Source: a virus. From it: a DNA stretch of 64,000 nucleotides. Positions within the stretch are counted from its first letter, which is position 1. Each line of letters opens with the position of its first letter. A program made the position numbers and the translations under genes. Under the pieces are notes generated by a model. It saw only the letters and a program-made list of their open reading frames with translations, searched no databases and was not told the origin of the DNA. Below are positions 9,267 through 18,700 of the stretch, piece after piece. The stretch lies in the IMG/VR virus record IMGVR_UViG_3300028706_000004; one strand, written 5' to 3'.

Positions 9267-9772
9267 ACGGCGTCACTAGTTACCTGATCAAAGTTCCACT
9301 TATTCTCTAACGCTGCCCACAAGGCACGATCAATAGCGGTGTCTTCAAGGTCGTGCACATTCATAAGTTCTCGATGCTTCAAGATTGCACGACGATAAAA
9401 ATTGGCAGACTCAAATGGATTCATGTCGATGGGTTTACCGGTCTGAATCATCCCCATTACTTGACTCAAACGATTATCAACATGGAACTTAAAACGTTCA
9501 ACCTTTGTTTTTTTAGACGTATATGCATTTTCTGCTTCTCTGGCCAACTTGCGCCCGTCTTTGCCTAACGCCATATAACGGTTCGCGTCTGATTCGGCAT
9601 CTGCTTCGATGCTCTCAATCTGAGTCAAGAGGTTTTCAGACAATGCGTTCAGGGCTCGCTTCCAGCGATCCCAATTTTTTGCCTCTAGCAGAGTTTTTCG
9701 GTGGTCCGGCGACAGTTTGTTTTTGACTTCTTCCGCAACTAATTGCGCAAAAGCATCATCTGTTATTTGCAT
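9263..9772 (-). CDS. Hypothetical helical protein
   Basis: Operon-coupled ORF; start reassigned to MQITDD. Confidence 0.65.
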   Translation of the reverse strand: MQITDDAFAQLVAEEVKNKLSPDHRKTLLEAKNWDRWKRALNALSENLLTQIESIEADAESDANRYMALGKDGRKLAREAENAYTSKKTKVERFKFHVDNRLSQVMGMIQTGKPIDMNPFESANFYRRAILKHRELMNVHDLEDTAIDRALWAALENKWNFDQVTSDAV

Positions 9773-9774
9773 TT

Positions 9775-10542
9775 TCAACTCCAAGCAGGACACTGAGGCT
9801 TATACGCACACCAATTGCACAACGCCGTTTTTCTGGTCTCAAATTCATGTGTCTCACATGAAACATCTATGGCCTTTTTAGTATTTACAACGTATTCGAC
9901 AGTCTCATCAAAATCACTTTGGGTGAAATTATGTTCCAGCCTTACGCCATCTTTTAGATACAGCAATTCTAATTTTTCAGTTTCACCCACCCCCAACACT
10001 TTGGCTAGTGAGCCATAGATTTTGAGTTGGAGAAACTTGTCGTCACCATAGTTCGGATTGGGAGTCTTGCCGGTTTTGTAATCGCTGATAACCAGTTTGT
10101 CGCCAGCCAAGGAAAAGCGATCGATAAATCCTTTGAGGGTTACCCCTCCGAGCTCTCCGTTGAGTTCATACTCCAAGCCCTCTGGTTCGATCGCCGTGGG
10201 TTCTTCGACCGCCCACAAGTTCTCGACACACCACACGGCACGCCATTTGAATTGACGGATGCGTTTATCGCCCCTGACATATGGGTGAATCCGATTAATC
10301 CAGTCACCCGACTCCCACACTTCCGCGAAGAGGGGAACAATAAGTTCCTTGGTCCTCTCGTTGGGGTCATACATGTAAAACTGTTCACAAACATCGTGAA
10401 CCAAGTTTCCTAGCAGGGTTGCCTCACTGGGCTCATCGGGAAGCTTGTCAATTTTGCTGAATCGAAACTTCATCGGGCATTGGTTATATGTGCCCATCGA
10501 AGACGGGGACAGATGTGGTGGTGCTTCTAATTTCTCAGTCAC
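9775..10542 (-). CDS. RecB/Cas4-like PD-(D/E)XK exonuclease
   Basis: LSPSS....QCP, G...H, LKGFIDR, ISDYKTG, QL.IY, C-terminal CNWC.Y...CP. Confidence 0.88.
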   Translation of the reverse strand: MTEKLEAPPHLSPSSMGTYNQCPMKFRFSKIDKLPDEPSEATLLGNLVHDVCEQFYMYDPNERTKELIVPLFAEVWESGDWINRIHPYVRGDKRIRQFKWRAVWCVENLWAVEEPTAIEPEGLEYELNGELGGVTLKGFIDRFSLAGDKLVISDYKTGKTPNPNYGDDKFLQLKIYGSLAKVLGVGETEKLELLYLKDGVRLEHNFTQSDFDETVEYVVNTKKAIDVSCETHEFETRKTALCNWCAYKPQCPAWS

Positions 10543-10906
10543 TAACAGACCTCCATAGGTGCTGTGGGGCCTTGTGACGCGATGGCCTATTGGATAGCGC
10601 AGTCTCTGGTCGCCTGCATGTAGAACAGACTACGGGTTCGATAAGCCCGGCCTTTTCAGCGGCCTTCATAAGAGGCCCAAGCAGCCGGTTATCTTGAAGA
10701 GTTACTCCCTGATGATCTAAACGATCCAAGACGGCATCGGTTGTCCAATGAACGTCAGAAGGGAATGTTGTGGCGATGTGGTAAATCGCCCACTTGGCTG
10801 CTCTCTTTAGGTGTGGCTTTGCGTTTGATTCAACCAACCGCATTGCGGCATTGCGTTTGGTTGCGCCATCACTCGTTTGAGTCGTCATCATCAACGTACT
10901 CCGCAT
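10535..10906 (-). CDS. Hypothetical protein
   Basis: ORF in operon with a CxxC near the C-terminus; start uncertain. Confidence 0.55.
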   Translation of the reverse strand: MRSTLMMTTQTSDGATKRNAAMRLVESNAKPHLKRAAKWAIYHIATTFPSDVHWTTDAVLDRLDHQGVTLQDNRLLGPLMKAAEKAGLIEPVVCSTCRRPETALSNRPSRHKAPQHLWRSVSD

Positions 10907-11528
10907 TAAATGACAGACGAATTGCTTCTTCTGAGAGGGCCGTCAGGTCAGCTACTGTCGCTGTATCTTGCTGCGGCTTGGGCCTATTGCCGGAGAACTC
11001 CATCCAAAACTCGTTGAGCTTGGCCTTCTGGTCGGCATTTAGGCTTGACACTACAGAGGTAAAGGATTCCCATGCCGCTTTAACGGCTGGGTCGATTGCC
11101 TCTTCTTCGGCAATCTCCTGCTCCAGTTGAAGTGATTCATCTGACCTTGCAAGATACAAACCAACGCCAAGAGCCTGTGCGGCTTTCTTGAGGCTGTCCG
11201 AAACGGCACCTTTCATCTCGTCACCGAGATCGACAGGGTCGCCGTTTTTCATTCGCTTGATCTTTTGGCCACCAAAGCCGTCTTTGTAAACAACGTTGCT
11301 GTCGATCACAACAGTGAGGCGGACATGGGCGATAACCCACTCAGGGTCCAAGGCATCACGATGGCAGTCTCTGACCTCATAGGACCAGTTCTCAATCCCG
11401 AGTACGGTATTGAGACGAGTGATGACTTCGCTGATAGGAATATAGGTGAGGGAAGTCCCTCCCTTTTTCATACTGCGTTCGACTTCTCGTGGGAACGGTT
11501 CTGAAAGCTGGGCTAGTATGTCGCTCAT
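10869..11528 (-). CDS. Rad52/22-family single-strand annealing protein (Sak-like)
   Basis: LTYI....VI.RLN.VLG..NWS.E, KGAVSDSLKKAA..LGVGLYL. Confidence 0.88.
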   Translation of the reverse strand: MSDILAQLSEPFPREVERSMKKGGTSLTYIPISEVITRLNTVLGIENWSYEVRDCHRDALDPEWVIAHVRLTVVIDSNVVYKDGFGGQKIKRMKNGDPVDLGDEMKGAVSDSLKKAAQALGVGLYLARSDESLQLEQEIAEEEAIDPAVKAAWESFTSVVSSLNADQKAKLNEFWMEFSGNRPKPQQDTATVADLTALSEEAIRLSFNAEYVDDDDSNE

Positions 11529-12013
11529 CGGGCTTCACCCCTCCTGACAATGACGCTCGTCTTTGGTTCAGACGGCTCGCAGTAGAGATCAGCGTTAAGG
11601 CCAATCTCGCTCAATTTGCCCACCCTCCAGTAAGAAGGAGCAAGGTAGTCAAGCATTTGGATGGCCATGTCCTTTGGGGTGGCCACCACTTCACCGGTAT
11701 CCATGTCAACTGAGGACTGCTGGATTCGGTCCATGACCACGTTGGCAAGGTCTTTGTGGTTCCAGCCCTTTCGGGTGGACCCCATCTTGCGTTCCACCTG
11801 AGCGCCGTCACGCAACTCGATAAGTGGATCATTGATCATGAGGTCGCCCAGCAACCCTGAGACTTGGTCGTAAATAATCCCAAGTTCGACCTTGGCCAGA
11901 TTCAACTCTAAGACCAAGTTGGCCACATCTTGGGTTTCTCTGTCTATCTCGCCAACTCGTTCATCGAGCTGTGAGAGAAGCAGGCGGAGGGTTCTAATAT
12001 TCTCCAAATTCAT
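11525..12013 (-). CDS. Hypothetical protein
   Basis: 162 aa, coupled to the Sak-like gene. Confidence 0.65.
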   Translation of the reverse strand: MNLENIRTLRLLLSQLDERVGEIDRETQDVANLVLELNLAKVELGIIYDQVSGLLGDLMINDPLIELRDGAQVERKMGSTRKGWNHKDLANVVMDRIQQSSVDMDTGEVVATPKDMAIQMLDYLAPSYWRVGKLSEIGLNADLYCEPSEPKTSVIVRRGEAR

Positions 12014-12046
12014 AGCAACTCCGGTTAGTAGGGGTTTCTGTATTAC

Positions 12047-13354
12047 TCAGACAACGATAGCAACTCGTTTGCGCTGAGGCAACCCCAATCCGGCTAAGTG
12101 TGTGAAAGCTCCCGTGGCCGAGTCCACCTGATCGTCGTGATTGCAGGCTTCGGGGAAACTGGATAATTCGTCAAGCCAGTCGGTTAACCATGGCCCACGC
12201 ACCGCCCTGACGTTGCCGTTAGCAAGGGCGGCAGCAAATGGACGGGCACGAGTGACCTTGTCTCCGGTGGCACGCATGCCAATGAAATCGTAGCCGGGCA
12301 CGATGTAGCGAGCGTACTGATCTACAAGGGCTTTTCCAGAGGAGCCCGGTTCTTGTTCCATCCTGATTGGAACCCCATGCCCATCTTCGTAAGCGGTTTG
12401 GGCGATTAGTTGCTCCACTTTTTCCCCTTTGACCCTTGCACGTTTCACATCCAAAATGTAAGCAATTCCTTGGTCGAACATCATGAGGGTTCCGACTGTC
12501 CAGTCTGGATCAGGGTTGGTTGAGGACGGTTCAGTAGCAGCCAAGTCCCAAAAACGCACGGCCTTTGCCATTGAGGTCAGCTCTGGGATTTCGTTCTGAT
12601 CCAACAGGACAACTGATTCCCTATCGAACAGAGAACCTAAAGTGGTAGACCACCAGTCGCCTTCTTCGAGTCGCCTGCGTTCCACGGGGTCCAGAGCTTG
12701 CAGCGATTGTCGATACGAATCAGCGTCAATGCCCGGGTTGTCGTCCAAAAAACTAGGAACGAAAATTCGTCCCTCATTTTGACCCTCGATAATGAAACGC
12801 TGTCTAACCCAGTTAGGCGCGGGGTTGGAGGCACACCTCATCCGTAGAGGAACCTTTGAGAGTGGACCCGATGCCGGACGACGCAAGCGAGAGAATAGGT
12901 ATCGGTAGTCGGCTTCCCGGATTTCGGTGACCTCGTCCATCCCGATGAACTGGAACTCCGCACCCTTGTATCGCAAATAATCCTGACTGTTATTTAGGTA
13001 ACCAAATGAGATTCGGGCACCAGAGGGAAAAGTTGCCGTGTAGGTATTGGCGTTCCACTTCACATCTTCTTCCGGACCTGTCCACATTTGGAAACGATCC
13101 ATGATCGCTCCCGGCAGAGCAAGGTCGGCGTAGGTGCGACGAAACAGGATGGCCGAATACTGTGGCACGTCAACATATTGAAGTGCTGCCATCAAGAGGG
13201 CGGAACTTTTTCCGCCACCCGCCGCACCACCGAAGAGAGCTTCCAACGAATAAGTGCGTAAGAAAACTTTTTGGGTAAGAGACGCGTCCTCTGGGCAGTG
13301 AGGTGATTCGCGCGGCTCTAGGTAATCGAGTACCTTATTCCAATCCGTAGTCAC
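12047..13354 (-). CDS. terL: Terminase large subunit
   Basis: Walker A-like GGAAGGGKS, Walker B IGMDE, ASNP, nuclease WDLAA and HDDQVDS motifs. Confidence 0.95.
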   Translation of the reverse strand: MTTDWNKVLDYLEPRESPHCPEDASLTQKVFLRTYSLEALFGGAAGGGKSSALLMAALQYVDVPQYSAILFRRTYADLALPGAIMDRFQMWTGPEEDVKWNANTYTATFPSGARISFGYLNNSQDYLRYKGAEFQFIGMDEVTEIREADYRYLFSRLRRPASGPLSKVPLRMRCASNPAPNWVRQRFIIEGQNEGRIFVPSFLDDNPGIDADSYRQSLQALDPVERRRLEEGDWWSTTLGSLFDRESVVLLDQNEIPELTSMAKAVRFWDLAATEPSSTNPDPDWTVGTLMMFDQGIAYILDVKRARVKGEKVEQLIAQTAYEDGHGVPIRMEQEPGSSGKALVDQYARYIVPGYDFIGMRATGDKVTRARPFAAALANGNVRAVRGPWLTDWLDELSSFPEACNHDDQVDSATGAFTHLAGLGLPQRKRVAIVV

Positions 13355-13432
13355 TCCATCACCTCACAGTCTTAGCCTATTCTAGAATAGGCGACAAAGT
13401 GCAGCCTGTTCTTGACTATTGTAAGAGGGCAC

Positions 13433-13609
13433 ATGAATATTTGGATGAAAATACAAAGCCTGCAAGAGCGGGGAATAATAGCAAACGCTCTAATGGTATC
13501 ATTTATCATACTTACAGGCATCGGTGCAGCGATGGTATATCCGCCGTTGGGCCTTATAGTTGGGGGTCTAGCTTGTGGCATATTCGGATTTCTACTGGGT
13601 CTTGAGTAA
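13433..13609 (+). CDS. Small membrane protein preceding the portal
   Basis: 58 aa with two hydrophobic segments; GAGGG RBS; start reassigned. Confidence 0.7.
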   Translation: MNIWMKIQSLQERGIIANALMVSFIILTGIGAAMVYPPLGLIVGGLACGIFGFLLGLE

Positions 13610-13611
13610 CG

Positions 13612-15612
13612 ATGGCGTGGAACTCTACTAATAACAAATCTATTGACGGATCAGAACAGCGGAAACATGCCGCTGTGGGACCCGGCGCGCCCATAGCCAC
13701 AAACCCGACACTTGCTGGGCAACCTTACTTCGACCCTTGGGATATTGAACGGGCGTACCGAGAAGGCATGCAGAAGGTCACATGGGTGGCCCGCTGTGTG
13801 GATGTGATCGCTGGTAACCAAGCACGCCTTCCGGTTATTCTTCGTGAGGGCAATGCTCCAGATGGAAAACTAGTTACAAGCTCTTCCGTCATGAGGGAAA
13901 GCACAATATTAGATATCTTGAATACTAAATCTAATATTGGTGAAAATTCATTTATATTCAGATATCGGCTTTCAGCCCAACTGCTGATGAGTAGCCGTGG
14001 TGCCTTTATAGAGAAAGTGCGTTCTAGAGACGGAAGAATTATTGGGCTTAATTTGCTTCCCCCTCAACACACCGCACCAGTGCCTCATCCAAAAACATTT
14101 GTGTCTGGTTATGAAGTCGCCATGCCCGACGGAAAGAAAGTACGTCTTAAGCCAGAAGATGTTGTTTGGGTTCGGAGACCACACCCCTTAGATCCCTACC
14201 TGTCGATGACCCCGATGGAGTCTGCGGGCGTTGCTATAGAAATCGAAAACCTTGCGAAGCTATACAACCGCAACTTCCTTCTTAACGATGGCCGACCCGG
14301 GGGCCTATTGGTTCTCCGTGGCGAAATCGACGATGACGACAAGAACGAATTGAGATCACGATTTAGGGGCAATCTCGGTCGCGTTGGTTCAACCACCGTA
14401 GTAGCAGCAGATGACGGGGTTGATTTTGTCGATACCTCATCGAGTCCTCGCGATGCTGCCTACATCCAAATGAGAACCATCACCAAAGAAGAAATCTTTG
14501 CTGCCTTCGGAGTTCCTGAGACCGTTATAGGTAACGCTTCGGGAAGAACGTTCAGTAACGCGGGAGAAGAGATTCGTGTTTTCTGGATGGAGACAATGCT
14601 CCCCCACCTCGAACCAATAGCTCGTGCCTTGGATGAAATTGACCCTATTCATTACATCGACTTCGACACCTCAACGGTTCCCAACCTAATTATTTATAAA
14701 CAAGAACGCGATCGTTACTTGATGGATGAACTCCAGAACGGGTTGATAAGCATCAACGAATATCGTGACATGACAGGCAAAGAGACAGTTAAATCTGACC
14801 TTGCAGATTCATTACTTATGAACCCGAATTTGACGCCTGTCGCAAATACTGAGAAGGAAATGGAGCAGCCCAACGCAATGATGGGCGGGCAACCGGGCAT
14901 GATGCCACCTCAGCCCGGGATGCCAACGCCGGGAGCGGAAGGTCCGCAACCGGGTGAACAACCCCTTGACCCGAACACCATGCAAGGTTCTTTGGCTCAA
15001 GAACAAGAAAGCCCACCGGCTGCTGGACCACCTGCCGAAGCTGCTCCCAATATGGGACAACTCTCGGGTGAACCATTCGACATTGAGACCAAAGAGGACG
15101 ATCTGGGTGTGGACTACGAGCGTTGGACGGGCATTCTCGACCGCAGCTTCGAACGTCTGTTCGAGAGACAGCAACGAGTTATTTTAGAAAAAGCTGCTGG
15201 ACGAAAAGCGCGCACGCTTCTAACCGAAGGCACCTTGGATATCAAAAATATTATGACTCTCGGTACATGGGATCGACAGATGGATGAAGACATCCGACCC
15301 GTTTTGAACTCAATTATTAAAGACTCTCAAGAAAAGCAGTCCAATGAATCTGATGAGTACGAACCGCCATCTGGAGAAGATGTTCAGGTTCAACTGAATG
15401 CTCAAATGGATCGTATTAAATCAATTAATTTAGATACAGAGCAGATTATTAATCAAAAGATCACCACCTGTATGACATTACAGGACGAAGATCGCCGTCA
15501 TGCGGCGGTTAAGGGTGAGCTAGTCAGCGTATTTGCCAGCCTTCTTGCAAAAGCACCAGCGGCTTTGGCTGAGGATGAGGCTCGAAGGGCTTGGGTTTTC
15601 CCAATCAGTTAA
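13612..15612 (+). CDS. HK97-family portal protein with C-terminal Pro/Gly linker and helical extension
   Basis: V.RCV..IA..A.LP, G.SPMES, F.N.GRPGG.L, EEI.AAFGVP, SN, SINEYR. Confidence 0.93.
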   Translation: MAWNSTNNKSIDGSEQRKHAAVGPGAPIATNPTLAGQPYFDPWDIERAYREGMQKVTWVARCVDVIAGNQARLPVILREGNAPDGKLVTSSSVMRESTILDILNTKSNIGENSFIFRYRLSAQLLMSSRGAFIEKVRSRDGRIIGLNLLPPQHTAPVPHPKTFVSGYEVAMPDGKKVRLKPEDVVWVRRPHPLDPYLSMTPMESAGVAIEIENLAKLYNRNFLLNDGRPGGLLVLRGEIDDDDKNELRSRFRGNLGRVGSTTVVAADDGVDFVDTSSSPRDAAYIQMRTITKEEIFAAFGVPETVIGNASGRTFSNAGEEIRVFWMETMLPHLEPIARALDEIDPIHYIDFDTSTVPNLIIYKQERDRYLMDELQNGLISINEYRDMTGKETVKSDLADSLLMNPNLTPVANTEKEMEQPNAMMGGQPGMMPPQPGMPTPGAEGPQPGEQPLDPNTMQGSLAQEQESPPAAGPPAEAAPNMGQLSGEPFDIETKEDDLGVDYERWTGILDRSFERLFERQQRVILEKAAGRKARTLLTEGTLDIKNIMTLGTWDRQMDEDIRPVLNSIIKDSQEKQSNESDEYEPPSGEDVQVQLNAQMDRIKSINLDTEQIINQKITTCMTLQDEDRRHAAVKGELVSVFASLLAKAPAALAEDEARRAWVFPIS

Positions 15613-15710
15613 TTTCCGTAAAATAGTTTACGGAAACTGCAGTTCTTATGCTTGTTACTTACACGGTAGAAGCTTTCTGTCGCTTATTATGTATTGACGG
15701 AGGTTTCAAT

Positions 15711-18700
15711 ATGCCAAACGAACTGCTTGATGACATTCAATTTAAAGCCCGAAACGGCGCTCAGATCAGTGTTGACAATGCCCAAGGGATTGTCGAATGT
15801 TTTGTTTCTGGCATAGGCAACAAAGACAGTGTTGGCGACATCGTTCTTCCCGGCGCCTTCAATGAGAGCCTAAAAAGAAGAAAGCCCAGAGTGGTTTGGG
15901 GACATAGCTGGAACGACCCCATTGGAAAAGTTTTAGAGATCTACGAAGTCGCTAACTCGGACCCACGACTTCCAGAAAAAATGAAGAGTGCTGGAATCGG
16001 CGGTTTGTTTGCAAAAGTCCAGTTCAATCTGGGTGCAGAAAAAGGGCGAGAGGCATTCGCTAACGTCGCCTTCTTCGGAGAAGAACAGGAATGGTCAATC
16101 GGCTATAAGACCCTTCAAGCCACTTTCGATCCGGTCAAGCAGGCCAACTTGCTCAAAGAGGTTGAACTTTATGAAGTAAGCCCTGTGCTGCATGGTGCCA
16201 ACCAACTGACAGGCACGATTTCTGTCAAGGACGGAGAATACGGTGCCTGTGGAATTGGTGGTTGTGAATGTGGGACAAAGAACCACATTGCTTCAGAACC
16301 AGATATTCAGGCAGAAGAAGAGGAAGCTTTCATTTTCGAAAAGGGTCAGATGATGGGACGAGTTCCCATGCAAATGATCGTTATTCCAATGCCTAAGAAA
16401 CCAGATAGCGATTCCCACCACGCCGATAGAGACATTTGGTCTCGTGGTGAGGCTGGTCCCATTGACATGGAAGCTCGCATGGAACTGGCTCAAGAAATTC
16501 ACTCACGAACAAAGGTACCGATCAAGATCGTTGAGGCCACCGAGAACATGGTGGTGTTCCTCCGCAAGATGGTGGATGGGACTAACCGCATGTATCGAAT
16601 GGGATACCACAAGGCCAGCGACGGCAGATACATGTTTGGCAAACCAGCACGAGTTAAACCACAAACGGTTTATTCCCCGGTTCAACCGAACATGCCGCCC
16701 ATCGGCCCAATGAGCCATAAGCCGAATCATCATGTCAGCCCAATTCAGGGAAAAGAAACAACAGAAGAAGCTAAATCTGATTATCTTATTTCCTGCACAT
16801 TGGACAACATGTTTGAGTTCAAAGACATGCTTCAACCAATTTTCGATTATTACAGAGTCACAGTGACCCCTAGTGTCGATGGGCTGTTGTGTAGTGATTA
16901 TCCGTCCGGATTTGAGGACGCAGCAGATACGGCTGTGAAGGCCCTAGGTGGAAGACTGGGGCGAGGTGGTGGCTTGGGAAAAGGCCGTAGGGCTGGGAGA
17001 GCCCTCACCGCAGCGTTCGACCCAAAAGCTTGGGATGGTGATGGCGACGGAATAGTTCAAGAAGGTACGCCTTTCCAGCGTCCATCTATTCCCGGTATCA
17101 ACACAAACTGGCCCGGCGAACCAAAAACCAGAATCAAACCCCCTGATTACCCAGATGACAGTGCCCACGTCAGAGAGGCACGGAAGCCTCGTCGTAATCC
17201 GAATCGAACTCGTCCGGGTAAACGAACTGTCCAGAATCGCAGGGTGGAGCGTGCCGCTGGCATGCGCTCAGAGACTAGGGACCATCGCCTCACGCCGACG
17301 CTCAGAGAGGGAGATTTTCAGATCAGTGAAACCCTCTTGATGCACACTGATACTGAACTAAACAAACGCCCGATACTTCTTGTCGAATTAGCTGACGGAA
17401 CTACCCAGCCGTTCTATATGCGTTCCGGTACAGGTGACGTTCTTCGAGATGCCGACGCTCTCGAATCGGGTGAAGGTGGTAGCCACGGCAATTGGGTTCC
17501 ATTTGACGGTTTTGGCCTCGGGCGAAGAACGGAGTGGTTTAGAAAAGAGAAATACGCTGATTCGGAAGGACCAACTGGTCCCGGAGAGCCTTTGCATCGG
17601 TATGGAAACGAAGAGCTCAAAAAGGTGGGCGAGACGTTAGATGCATCAGAGAATGTGCAAGAGATGCTCAAAGACCGTTCTCGACAAATACCCATGTATC
17701 ACGGTGGGGCTGATGAGCCAGAGGGCTATGTGCCCGGCGACGACTCCACGTTGAAGTACGCAAGAAGTGATGACCTCAACGAAATGTTGGGCCTGCCCTC
17801 ACATGAAGAATATACGAACGAAGTATTTAGCCAGATTGCTGAAGATGAACGAGCGGGCAGTGTGCGATCCAACACTTATAAATATGGTACTCGCAAACCT
17901 ACCGGGCCGAGAGAGGGAACGCCGATACGCGGGGGCCGAGGAGCTACTGCACGCACTGGAGCAGGTCCAGCCGCAGTAAATCCGCGAGGACCCGGTACCC
18001 GAACAGAAAATATTGAATGGGACGCACTGAAGGCGCAGCTTCCATCACAAGCTATTAGAAATATGTCGGTTAAGGAACGTAAAGACCGAATTGAAGATCT
18101 GGATAAAAAACTAGATGTTCTAGAGGCCCAGATGGACGAGGTGGGACGATTCGACGCTGAATATGCTGAGATGAAACAACGTTTCATGCAGTTGGATTCA
18201 GAACGAAGAAAGCATTTGATTTCTGCGGCAATTCATAGTTGGGAAGGTGGACGTAAAAGTTTTGTTCGTTTGCCCGTCGAATCTAAGGGTGTTGAACTTG
18301 AGCTAACGCCAGATGAGATCGATTCACTTCGTTCCCATATAAAAGCACTGATTGGCAAAAGCAAAGACAGCAAAGTAAATGGTGTTTTAGCAAAATATGA
18401 TCAGAAACTTGCTGCCAACAAAGATGGGGTAGTAAAAATCCCTAGAGGGCAATATCACGACTTCACCCATGCGTGGGAGAAAGTTTCGCCGCCTACCCAA
18501 AGTCGAATGCATCCCAAAACAGGTCGCGACATACTCGAATTCGCTGCACTTTCACCAACCCAAAAATTTAGGTCGTCGCAACTCGACCTGCCAGACAATA
18601 AATACAGAGGATTCGGGAATAAGAGAATCAACAATGGTGCTCATCCTGACATAACTCCAGCCAATCAGGCAAAAATGATGGAAGCTATAGGTGCTCCAGA

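Noticed and set aside
9775-10542. Cas4-like gene as part of a CRISPR-Cas system
   Set aside because: Stand-alone phage exonuclease beside a Sak-like annealase; no array or other cas genes
12047-13354. Inteins or introns in terminase, RNR or primase-helicase
   Set aside because: Lengths are normal and no splicing motifs or interruptions were seen
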